64,000 nt of DNA from Euprymna scolopes (taxonomy: Eukaryota), in the NCBI GenBank assembly GCA_053919585.1, contig CM132790.1. The stretch is one strand, 5' to 3'. Shown in pieces: positions 52,431-64,000 of this stretch; the first letter of the stretch is position 1, and every line of letters begins with the position of its first letter. The translations under genes were made by a program, and so were the position numbers. The notes under the pieces are model-generated. The model did not search any database. It was not told where the DNA came from and was given only the letters and a program-made list of their open reading frames with translations.

Positions 52431-54216
52431 TACTATGCAGAGTATATTTAAACTAGAAAAAATAATTCAGAATTTATAATGATGACTATAGGTGTTATTC
52501 TAACGTATAAGAAAACATCACGAGAAACAATATTACGCATAGAAGTATAGACAGCTACGTAACCCACGTTATATAGGAGTTTGTAAATATATTAGCTGGA
52601 CGTTCATCGCTATCCCTTCGTAGAATAGGCTTAACCATGATATTTAAATCAATGCAGATTGCGTTTGTAATATGATAGAATCAATTTAGTATTTATATTA
52701 AAATATATTATATGTTATGAGAAATGATTTTCTCCATGAAGTAATTCGAAAAAGCAAAACAATAAAATAAACTAAATAATATTGATAATAGTTCTCATCA
52801 AATTTTGTCTATTTTGTTTACAATATCAAGTACGCTAATATTAAAGTCTGAGGATAAATGTCATAGAAACTCAGTTCTGATTAATGTTTGGTTTACAATA
52901 TGCAAACAACAAAAAGAATTCGCGGCGATTTTAAATGCTATATTTTCTTTAATCGTAAATTGATGTATTAAGAAGAAAAAATGTGAATAAACATGTGTGT
53001 TTCACATTGTTGTTAGCAACTACCGGTAAAAGAACATTATTATTTTGATTATATCACCCTTAAATAGGAAGCGGAATATATAATATTTGTAAAAAATCAT
53101 TTATCAAATNNNNNNNNNNNNNNNNNNNNNNNNNNNNNNNNNNNNNNNNNNNNNNNNNNNNNNNNNNNNNNNNNNNNNNNNNNNNNNNNNNNNNNNNNNN
53201 NNNNNNNNNNNNNNNNNNNNNNNNNNNNNNNNNNNNNNTTTAAAGAACAAGAATAGATATCTTAACGGGGCTAGCAAATCTCAACACATTGTTTAGAGCA
53301 TATACAGAGTATCAATAAATTAAAAAAAAATTAAAAAAATACTAATTATATAGATTTAATTAAAATCGTGCATCAATCAGGAGTGTTTTAATAAGAAGGT
53401 ACACTATAACAAACGCATAAATAAGATAAATGATAAACATATTGTAGAATAAGGGGATAAAGATACAAAATAATATTGAATAAGTGCATATAAAATATAA
53501 GAATTATACTGTATTAATAAATAATGATGTTACAAGACATACAAATTTATTAAATATAGGAGAATAAAAATAGCAATAATGTTTTTTTTTGTTTATTAAT
53601 AAATTATAAAAAAAGATATTTAGGCACTTTCCGATTTTACAATTGCCCAAAAACTTGGTATAACATCCCTACTCCTCTGTCTTTGCAGAACTTTTATTTC
53701 ATTTTTCCACTTATCTCTTAATATTTTCATACTTATTTTTAATGTCTATATTTGTTTCTTTATATTTAATAAATCTATGTCTTATGTGATTATGATGTAT
53801 ACATGATCTTACATTCTTATATTTTATAAATTTATTCACCTCCATACCCCTTACTATTTCTACAAGGTATCCATTATGATTTATCCCACCACCTTTATTA
53901 TTCTATTATATTATTTTTCTTTATAATTTATACCACATTTAAATTCTGTTATAATTTCCAATACCTCTTCTAGTATATACTGGTATAACAATAATCCCGT
54001 ATTTCAAGTCAATTCCCTTAATCTATACTCTTCCCGAAAATTTAACACGTGGCAGATATGCTATACACCTACCTCCTTTATATAATAAATTATAAATAAT
54101 TATATATATATATATATATATAATATTAAAGACATAAATTAGTTTTATATCCCCAAGGAGTATCCAAATTCTATCTCTAACTGCACGATTATTTCGCTCC
54201 TGAGGTATCCCAAATG

Positions 54217-57200
54217 TGTTACCTACACTCTTCCCTCCGCTTTTGATGAAAAAACATTAGAGTTGTGGTTTTTGTTGTTAAATAACTGATGAAAAAAAAT
54301 AGTAACAATGAACTAAATACGTATTAGCAATAAATATAAAAAAGAGATAATTCAGTAATGTATTTGCTCACTGCTGATCATATGATGATCATACGTTTCG
54401 CGTGTCTCTGTCTGACTTCCCTGGTAAAATGGTTCTCGCTATGCGGAAGTGATGTCATTGGCAGACGTGACGTCATGAAATAGTTCCTCATTCCATGTGT
54501 TAGGAGTGCGTCCCTAACACTCGCTTCCAATGGTTTGTTCATAAAAGCTGTTCATCCTTCTTAAGTTTAGGATCGATCATTAGTAGATTTGTGATCATGC
54601 GTTTCCGATTAGACCGTCTTAGTTCAGGTGCTGTTTGGGGGGGTCTTGAGATTAAATGTATCCAAAATAGTGTCGATCGCTTCCTTCTCCCACGGTGATG
54701 TATCGATGGAGTCATCTACGCAACATCTTATTAATTGGTTTTGATGACGTGTATGGTTATGTGCTTGTACGATGCCTACTATATAACAGCTCTCTTACTG
54801 GTCGTACGCACACCCCAAAATGAGTTTGTTTTTTGAACTTTTGAAGTCAACTTTCTCTCTCTTTCTCTCCTGGCATGAAACATTTACTGGATACGCGAGT
54901 GGTCAATTGTGGTTTGACTGTTTGGATAAGTGTTTGTCAAAAACAGAGTTCACTTTCCGGGCAAACATAGTTTCCGCCCTTGGGGCCGCTTTTGATGTGG
55001 TAGGATTAGATCTAACCCTATACACGCGTAGGAATTTTTGAAGGGATTCGTCCGCTGGGGTCCCTTACACCTGTTCTGAGCTCATTTGAGAGTTTCCTCA
55101 AAGTGGCCGCGTGCCCATTTGATATTACCTGATATTGGGGCGGAGTAATGTATTTAAATTGGAACGTATCGCGAAAACGTTTGAACTCTGCGCACGATGC
55201 TGTTTATTACACCGCAACAAGCAAACAGTTCACGTAGGAAATTTATTGTTGTCCCAGTTGTGGGTATTTTGCATCTTAATACCTTAGCACACTATGCGTA
55301 GCTACCGATTACTAGTAAGTAATAGTGGTTGTCGAGCGAACCTGCGACGTCCATATTAATTCTGCACCAGGGTTAGGTAGATTCGGTCAGGGTTTAAATG
55401 TAATGAGTGGTGCTTTTGCAGCGAGAGCGCAACCAGCTCAAAAGTGTATTGTCTCCATTATGCCTTTCCCCCTGTAAGACCATTGCACGTAGCTTACCAT
55501 TAAGATCTTAGTTCGTTTTTTACAGAATGTCTGGAATGAAAAATCCTGTAGAATTTTTGTCTGGAATTTGTTTGTGAATACCCAATTCTTCATCATATAG
55601 TTTTACCTCGTTGCTAAGCAAAAGTACGCTAGGAAATATTCGTCCGTTATACCGGTCTTATTTTTGATGTCGCAGATTTAGTCATCCTTATCTGCTTCTC
55701 TTAAAATTCAAGGTAGAGACACAGGGTGCTCTCTAATTGTGTTGTCTATCATTGTTTTTATTTCGCAGTTAGTACGAAGGGCCGCAATAATGGAATATAT
55801 AAACGCCCCATTTCCACGGTTATAAATCAAGATAGACTATCCGCATGGTTACTCCAGAGTAAAATTATAATTCAATAACATTATAACCCATCTCAGCAGT
55901 CTATTTGGTAGTATATGTTAGTAAGCCTTTCTTTAGATCCGAAAATTTTAGCAGAGGCTTATGGTCTGTTTGATGTAATGGCTAATGTATGTATGTTGTA
56001 AATTATATGCCATCTGATATCTATGAAATATCGTTTTGGGCGAGTATGATACTTAGGGCCTCCTTTTTGCTCTACGAGTAATGTCTCTCGGCTGCTAGTA
56101 GCGACCTGGATGCATGTGCAGTCAGTTTTTTGGAATCATTGACCATTATATAAAACATACAATCATACAAGCTCCAACAAAATATTAGCGTTTGTCGCTC
56201 GTTATTATTATTTTCAGGTTTGGATCATAGTGTTAGAAAAAGATTTGATGTTAAGTATCCTTAATTACCTCAAACTCCCCTTGACATTTGGAAGTCCAAT
56301 CTCAGGGTTGTTTTCTTAAGTAATTTGTTCAGTAGGGCGCGCAAGTCATCCTGTTCTTTATGAAGACTTGGTAGTAGTTAGCCAGTACCGGAAAACTTTG
56401 GAGTTCTGGGACATTAACGAGTTCAGGCAAACTAGTATAATCCCCTTTGTGTGTTCATGCGGAGGAGTTTAGAACTTTCTTCCTCCACCGGAATCTGTAA
56501 GTACAAGTCGCTTACATACGCTTGACACAAAAAATTATACAACCGTTTAGTTTGTTGAATACCTGCTCACGTGTGGGTAGGGGAGAGTAGTAATCATCAA
56601 GAGCGGGATTCAGATCCGTTGGAAAATCCCAGCATACACGAACCTGATTGGTCTCTTTGTTCACATCTACGGTAGGGGAAGACCGATCATTGGTGCTCTC
56701 TTTCAAATGTATCTCGACCTCTTGTAGGCTATAGAGTTTCTAATCGATTTTCTCATTTGCCGCAAAGCAACGTGTCGTTTCTTCTTGAAAACGGATAAGG
56801 CGTTTTCCTTCAGTGGAAATCTGGCTATAGTCTTGGTATATCTTCCGATAAGACAAATTTTGGAAAATGTTCATTTAGCGCGTCCTTCTGTCGTTGTGCC
56901 ACTTTAGACGAGTCATCTAACCTATGGCTGAATGTGTTCATAGTTTAGTCCCAAAATTAAAACTGCTCCATTCAATCACTTCCGAAGAGGCTTTCAGATG
57001 TGTTATGCCCATGAACGTTCAGTTTTTTGTAGTTACATATTAACCGATTTTCGCCACACTCCACAAATGAAAAACCTGCTGAAAAAATGCAGACAAAATT
57101 AAATATAGAAACCGATTAGCATCGTTCTATTTAGAAGACCATATTTTTGTTGTGGGTAAATTTTTACATCATCCCCACCTGCACAATTTCCTTAAACGTG

Positions 57201-58260
57201 ACGACTTTTACAATGTTCCGAATATGCTGATTGCGATAATCTCATTTACATTTGGCAGAGACAAGTACTTTTCGATGGTTTGCGTATCTGTTTAAAAGCC
57301 TTTTTTAATATGAGATTGTTGGAGTTTTCTATTTCGAAAGCCGTTTTTAACATTTGGAGGTTGAGGATCTCTTTTCAAAAGTCGTTCTAAACATGCAACA
57401 TGCGAAGCTTCCTGGTGTCTATTGCGAAAGTGGTTCTTTACACGAAGAGGTGAGAAGTTGGTCACCAACGACAGCAACTTTTTTTAAACGGCGATGCAAA
57501 AATGGCTGGCCTCCACCATACAACGCCAGTTTNNNNNNNNNNNNNNNNNNNNNNNNNNNNNNNNNNNNNNNNNNNNNNNNNNNNNNNNNNNNNNNNNNNN
57601 NNNNNNNNNNNNNNNNNNNNNNNNNNNNNNNNNNNNNNNNNNNNNNNNNNNNNNNNNNNNNNNNNNNNNNNNNNNNNNNGCTTTTATATATAACTTATAT
57701 TCACAATATTAATACTAAGTGAGCCATGAATCGTTGCAGCATCACGCGTGCACACAATGCATCAAATCGACAAAAAATATTTACTACAAACGAGAATGCG
57801 TTATTAGCATTAAGACCCCCTTAAAAGGCACTCATCTCATCGTTAACATCACGCTGATACAAGCACTTCTTTTAAGTGTCTTTTTTATAGCACAAGCTTC
57901 CTCGGTGTGCACTGACGTAACTGCATGAACCTATTATTACATTTGAGTAGGACGAGTATTTGTTCTGGATGCGGGGGAAAAAGATTCTCTGCTGTTCATA
58001 GAAATGCTCGCGCTTCTAATAGCAAATCTCTGGAAAGCATACACTGCTTTTCTGTTAGATTTATTTTTATGTTGGATTGTTCAGAAATCTAGTTTTCGCA
58101 TAATTAATTTCCCCAAAACTATTACATTGTTATTGAATTGCATTTTTTCTCTCTGTAGCTATATGCTATTATATCGTTTATCTGATAAATATGTTCTAGC
58201 ACAGAGAGCCTTTGTTGCCTGGGTTTATAGTAAAATTAAGTAATCTTCCACAATTAAAAT
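54217..58260 (-). mobile_element. Second, more decayed Mag-like Ty3/Gypsy element
   Basis: RT N-terminus SPTVDVNKETNQVRVC.DF.TDLN.AL..YYSPLPTREQVFNKLNG (56512-56706). RNase H (HQTDHKPLLKIFGSKKG, NRLLRWVIMLLNYNF). Integrase remnants at 55.0-55.6 kb. gag KLIMRKL at ~58100. Tentative LTR 54217-54519. Confidence 0.85.
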
Positions 58261-58571
58261 ACGTTCATTTCAATCAGAATCAACCTACTCTACCGTTTGT
58301 TAATCAAATCGATTGATAGTTTGCTGTAGCTGGTTATCCGGGTGAAAACGTTCTACCTCCCTGCTGCGACGTAGTCCGCAATATATTGCAGTCTGCATTG
58401 CATGTAGAGGACTAATTGTTGATTATATAAAACAGTTTTATATCATAGACTGAATATAAGCTGTTAATGCTAATACCAATCATCGTGATATAACTATGCG
58501 ATAAGAATAAACATAAATTTCAAATTCGCTCATCTCCATTTCCAAGCCATTGTTCTTGATTTTATTCGCCA

Positions 58572-58689
58572 GATGTTCGGCATATTCACATTGACACAAC
58601 GATTCTCGCTGGATCACCGAGGTTAAGCAGCGTTGAAACTGGTCATTACTAAATGGGTGACTATTTGGAACTTCCAGGTGCTGTATGTG
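58572..58689 (+). pseudogene. 5S rRNA-derived sequence (pseudogene or SINE3 head)
   Basis: CATATTCACATTGA...TTCTCGCTGGATCACCGAGGTTAAGCAGCGTTGAAACTGGTCATTACTAAATGGGTGAC...GGTGCTGTA aligns by eye end to end with invertebrate 5S rRNA, including box A and box C remnants. No T-run terminator follows directly. Confidence 0.8.
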
Positions 58690-58889
58690 CTCTCCGCTTG
58701 TCTCGGCATTGTTTTCAGTCCTCCTGTACTTTTCCTTGCCACTAGACACAAACAGTGCCGATTCAGGAGAAGTGTGGTTGTGGATTGCGCGACCCTTGCC
58801 TTACAAGGATGCGCGCAACTGCCCCTACATGGGGTATTCGTTGTCTTTCAAGACTGAATGGAGGCATCGCAAAATCGCCGGACCATGTA

Positions 58890-59090
58890 GCTCCTGCGTT
58901 AATGAAACTACTCAAATGCAATTTAACGTTGGGCTATGAGCTCAAAATATATATATATTTTTTTAATCGGATTACTTAACTATGGAATTTCGGTACTTAT
59001 TGGAGGAACAGGATCATTCTCCGAAACGTATGGTACACTTGAGTTATATTAGTAAATAAATTGACCAAGCTGTTTCAGAATCTTTTCAGT
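58890..59090 (+). mobile_element. PLE 3' end with HHR-like motif
   Basis: ALMKLLKCNLTLGYELKIY resembles the GIY-YIG terminus. Followed by CTTATT-GGAGGA/TTCTCC-GAAACGTA at 58996-59030. Confidence 0.5.
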
Positions 59091-61382
59091 AGGGACTGCC
59101 AAAAGACACCACAGAATTACCCCACCCTATATGTAACACGATGTAACTTAATTATACATTAATATTATCAGTAAAACGTATGTACCATTTAAAAGAAGAA
59201 GGGCAAAATAAAATAGTACTGATTTAAAAAAAAAATGTTTTCATCGAACGGATATAATGAAATTGGCGAGACGAAAATCGTCTTTACATAATTGGCGCTT
59301 TAAAATAACGTTCCCATGTAGTAGACATTCCGAACATGAAAACATACCCGTATTTAATAAATCTCGCAAAACTCAACTAATGGTCAGATTTTCGTGAATT
59401 TTTCGATACTTATCAATTTTAGAATGAAATTACATATAAAATCCAGTTTTCGAAAAATATACGAGGGGAAATATTTTTAGTGCGTACCCCCCATATTTAC
59501 ATTTTCGACACTCGAACTAAATATATTTAAATCTATCGAAATTTTTATTTATTATGAATCAAAAGATTTCAAATAAGTAAAAAAAATATATTTTTTTTTT
59601 AATTTAGATACACATATTGAACAAACATTTACCTTGAAATTGCAATTAAAAAATTGATATAAACTTAATAGTATTATGTTTACTTTTAAATAGGGGTTTT
59701 TCGATTCATTATATACTATAATCAGTAGAATTGCCAAGAAAAATAAATTTCGTAAACATTAATTAATTTTTAAAAGATTAACACGATTAAAATTACATTA
59801 TTTCACATTGTTCCGTTATAACAAAGATTTTTAATTTATTGTGTTGTTTTTTTAATATTAAATTTTAATATAAACGTGACTCTTGCTAGCCATTTTTTCG
59901 CCAGATTAAAACTAATTTGAAAATATTATTGCACAAATATTATGCATTTTGTAGGCCTCCTTCATATTTTGTTTGTCTCTGTTTACCGAAAAAAAATATG
60001 GATCCCTGTAGGTAACCAAATGAAAATTCAGTAACACCGTAATATACAAACGTGTATAATATTATTAATCATTAAACTGTGTAAATCTTAAAACCTAACA
60101 AAATTATAACAAAGATTAATTATTAATTTCAATTTAAAGAAGATAAACACAGGTTTTAAAAAATCATTAAGTCGCTTCTGCTTTTCCATAGTTCGTATAG
60201 TTAACCCACATCTGATGTCAAGGAAACATGCGGTCCATTCTTGACAATCGTTAGGCAGTCCCTATTGTTCAGAACGATCTCATACANNNNNNNNNNNNNN
60301 NNNNNNNNNNNNNNNNNNNNNNNNNNNNNNNNNNNNNNNNNNNNNNNNNNNNNNNNNNNNNNNNNNNNNNNNNNNNNNNNNNNNNNNNNNNNNNNNNNNN
60401 NNNNNNNNNNNNNNNNNNNNNNNNNNNNNNNNNNNNNCCCGCACTAGAATCCTAACCGTCACACATGGGTTCGGTGGTAAAAATGCCCGGAGCCCTACTG
60501 TGTGGGCTCCACTCTGACAAAGTGTTGTCCACCCTATAGAAATCACGCCAACGGGCTTTTCAGTTCAAATACTGATATCTCTTCTATCTGGTCCTTTAAT
60601 TTCCCTCCCTGCTTCCACATACCGGTGACCAGTGAAAGACCAGTGGTGATGGAATAAGTGCTGGGGGAGTATGCTTAGTTTAGCAGGAAGCTCTTAGCGG
60701 GGATCTGATTGCTTGTTCCAGGCGTGTGATTTATGTTTTTCCTGTGACCTGTGAACACACAGGAACTCTGTCCTCGTAGCAGGCATATCATATACAATTA
60801 TATCTTTATAACCCCATGTACTTTTTATTAAAATTATCTATAATTATTACTTATCTATTTTTTAATATTAAGCTATTAATTGTTTTTCGTATTAATATCG
60901 AAGACCTTTATAAAATATAATTATTACNNNNNNNNNNNNNNNNNNNNNNNNNNNNNNNNNNNNNNNNNNNNNNNNNNNNNNNNNNNNNNNNNNNNNNNNN
61001 NNNNNNNNNNNNNNNNNNNNNNNNNNNNNNNNNNNNNNNNNNNNNNNNNNNNNNNNNNNNNNNNNNNNNNNNNNNNNNNNNNNNNNNNNNNNNNNNNNNN
61101 NNNNNNNNNNNNNNNNNNNNNNNNNNNNNNNNATGGTATGTTAAGAAATTGTTCGCTATCAAAAACCATTGGGGCTTCCTGAGTTCGAAGTTACAGAATT
61201 TTTTTAATTTTTTCGCTAATCTCCGCCTATATATGTAAAGTCAATGCTCTCAGATTTCTTCACATTAATTTGAGCAGTGCTTTCTTCCGGTCTTTCCATT
61301 TCTCTTGACTATTTTCGGTGGAAACAATCGATTTCCATACTTTAACATCATGTTGGGATGTTAACTTACAATTTTTCAATTA

Positions 61383-61427
<45 letters not shown>

Positions 61428-61429
61428 TT

Positions 61430-63600
61430 TCATTTTTATTATTATCTAATTTGTGAAATTTTGTGCTTAGCTATGACCCTTACTGATGTTAATCTTATAC
61501 GCGTATATAGCAATTACTACAGGCTATGCGTATCTTTTGCTAGTCTATTGTTATTTTCGCCATTTTTTGGCAGTTCCTAATATTCAAGTATTATAAAATT
61601 ATAACAACAAATACAATTTCTTTTTCTTTAACTTACATCCACTTTTATCTATCCTTTCTATCCTCCAGTATTGCATTGTATTTTTCTCTGGCGCGATTAA
61701 ATCATATCTCTTTTTCGTTTTTATTACATGGAGGTCACCACTTATCTAGCCCGGAAGCGACTCAAGGATAATGGTTATTGCGTGTACAGTAATCAATGGG
61801 ATAGTATCGTAGTAATCATTAGTATTGGAGATTTGATAAAGTGTCTTACTTAAGGGGGCGGTTTGTCAGGAATTTGTTTATGTTGTATTTGAAGACCTCC
61901 AAGTATGGTTGGAAACAGGCAAACGGAAGAGAGTCCCGCAGTCGTGCACTACTAAGAAAGAAGCTCTGCTCATGGAATCCACGTTTTTTTTTTAATTCAT
62001 ATTCCACAGTAATTTTATATTACCACATTCTATTACGACTTCGTGAACACACCCGCATTTTCATTTTCTTTCGTACATATACACTAATGGACACTATGAG
62101 TAATATAGTTATCACGCATCGCGTAATCCTTTTGCGCTAACTTTTCACAATACTGATGATGTGTATTACATAGTCAGTTTCTGTCTGCATAGTCTACACA
62201 AGGGACTGGCAGCGTTTTTTATCAATATAGTGCTTCACATAATTTTACTTCAACAATCGCTCCTGCCGGACATACTAACGGACCTCTGTGCGAATGTTCG
62301 ATATGTTTTGAGAACAAGTATCTGCTTTTCAATGCCACTGGTTCATCCACATTGTATTTCCATTTCAAAACTATTTCGCTTTTTGGTTATTTTATTCCTA
62401 TTTCTATGTAACTGTATCTTTCTTCTCCCAATTATCTTATTGTTTCTGCATTTCAAAGTTCTATTGATTTACTTACAAGAATGTTTTTTTTTTTTTTTTA
62501 CATTTTCGGGCACAACATTCATTCATATTATATTCCATACTTACATTGTTACTGGTCATATGAACTGACCTCACACTAACGCATAGTTGGTCTTTCTTCT
62601 TTATATACAAATTGAAGGCATAAATAAATAATCAATGGTTTTTAAGGTACTCCTTCTTACCCCACTTTTAACCCCCAGTCAGATTTCGGCATAGGAAGCA
62701 TATGGTTACCATACCGAAAACAAACAACCATGGCAAAATACATTTCCTAACATGAACTTCAATATCTTTTCAACATGATGTTAACAACACTATCCCTTAT
62801 TTCATACTTCTCTCCAAGACATCTAACACATTAACGGTATTTCTATATATGTCCATACTTTCTGTATGAAAGTTATGAAGCATCGCACACTATGTCTTGC
62901 AGTAATATATTTGTAGCATGCATAGATTAGTGGATGTTCTCTTGGAATCTCGGAGAATTGGCATATCATTAAACAATTGATCGTAAGTCATTCTACTATA
63001 TCACCCCAAAATACTCGTCAGGTAAGATCAATTGATGCTCAAATCATCACTCGTCAAAATTTATGTCAGAAGCTTTTACGTATATGTAATGCAGGTAGTT
63101 GGCCGATAGTTATTGATCACATCGTGTGTTATAAATCTCGAGTAAACACTGGTCGCCTATTCATTTGTTCTTCACAAAATACCTTGTGTCAGACTCCGTC
63201 AATTTTAGATGAAGCCATTCGAAATGATGATCAAGTTAATTTTAATTTATTTAATCTGAACACAAACTTTCCGGGACTCTTGTAATTTAGAAACTTTACT
63301 CCATCTTTTTCATTATTTTTTAAAGGTTAGCCATATTCCTTTGAATCACGTCTTAAGTTTGCTAAAACCTGCATCAATTTTATACTCCAAAAATCTTATC
63401 CACAAAACACTCCAGTTATGTTCCATTTTAAACAGTCAAAATATTGCCTTAAAACCGTCGCATTCCTCTGCATGTGCTATTGTCTCTAGACAATCTAAAC
63501 ATTTATCAAGTTCTTTTTCGACTCATTCTGGTCTAAACCAAATAACCTATTCTGTCTAAATCGTTAATTTCTCATTTCGTATCTCTCAACATTTTTTACA
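61430..63600 (-). mobile_element. R4/Dong-like RLE non-LTR retrotransposon (decayed, internally deleted)
   Basis: NNYRPTTCITYT*KLLT, DQL..D.PILRDSKRTSTNL.M, SPLCRLCRQK..VIHIIS.CEKLAQKDY, IKLLWN, ILGTAK.WRK, a short UTR, then (TAA)n at 61381-61425. Confidence 0.8.
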
Positions 63601-64000
63601 TTATGCTATCATTAGTTGCTAAGTTTCTTCTAAGAATATAATTGTCTTCTAAACAAGTATATTTATTTCAAACACACTCCTATATTATCAACGTACCTAT
63701 GTTGATCAATAAAAAACGTATTACATAATGACTTGAATCAGAGTTTAAATGCAAAAGTTTTGTATAATTCTGTTCTCAACAGAAAAGAAAAAAACATCAT
63801 CTCGATTGCGACTCCGCCTTCTGAGTACTCATACTGTGGAGTATATACAGCGGGATTTTCTGTTTGTGCAGTTTTAAACTTGACAAATATACTTGGAGTA
63901 TTAAATTTTATATTAATCTAATATAAAATGAGCATGTTCTTCATTTAATCTGATATTTCACTTATCGATTAAATATTGTCAACACTTATCAGAATTATTC

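Noticed and set aside
62161-62568. 135-aa hydrophobic plus-strand ORF
   Set aside because: Antisense shadow of the A-rich R4-like element.

Overview
AT-rich eukaryotic (invertebrate-like) draft scaffold with 13 N-gaps and many (TA)n and (TAA)n microsatellites. There is no prokaryotic operon, no CRISPR array and no intact long gene; the window is almost entirely decayed transposons. These are two Mag-like Ty3/Gypsy proviruses (1.8-6.5 kb and 54.2-58.3 kb, minus strand), a very old BEL/Pao element (44.1-48.8 kb) with an unexplained ~1.7 kb between integrase and 3' LTR, two full-length irritans-like mariners plus other mariner and MITE relics, at least six Penelope-like element (PLE) relics, R4/Dong-like and HERO-like RLE retrotransposons, CR1/Jockey-type LINE tails, non-autonomous Helitrons and a 5S-rRNA-derived repeat. 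The most distinctive signal is a set of hammerhead-ribozyme (HHR)-like motifs and fold-back palindromes linked to PLEs. It includes a 168-bp near-perfect hairpin whose only three mismatches fall in the HHR catalytic core. A possible host promoter and first exon lie at 37.1-38.1 kb. All protein motifs were read by eye across stops and frameshifts, no database searches were run, and boundaries of the old relics are approximate.
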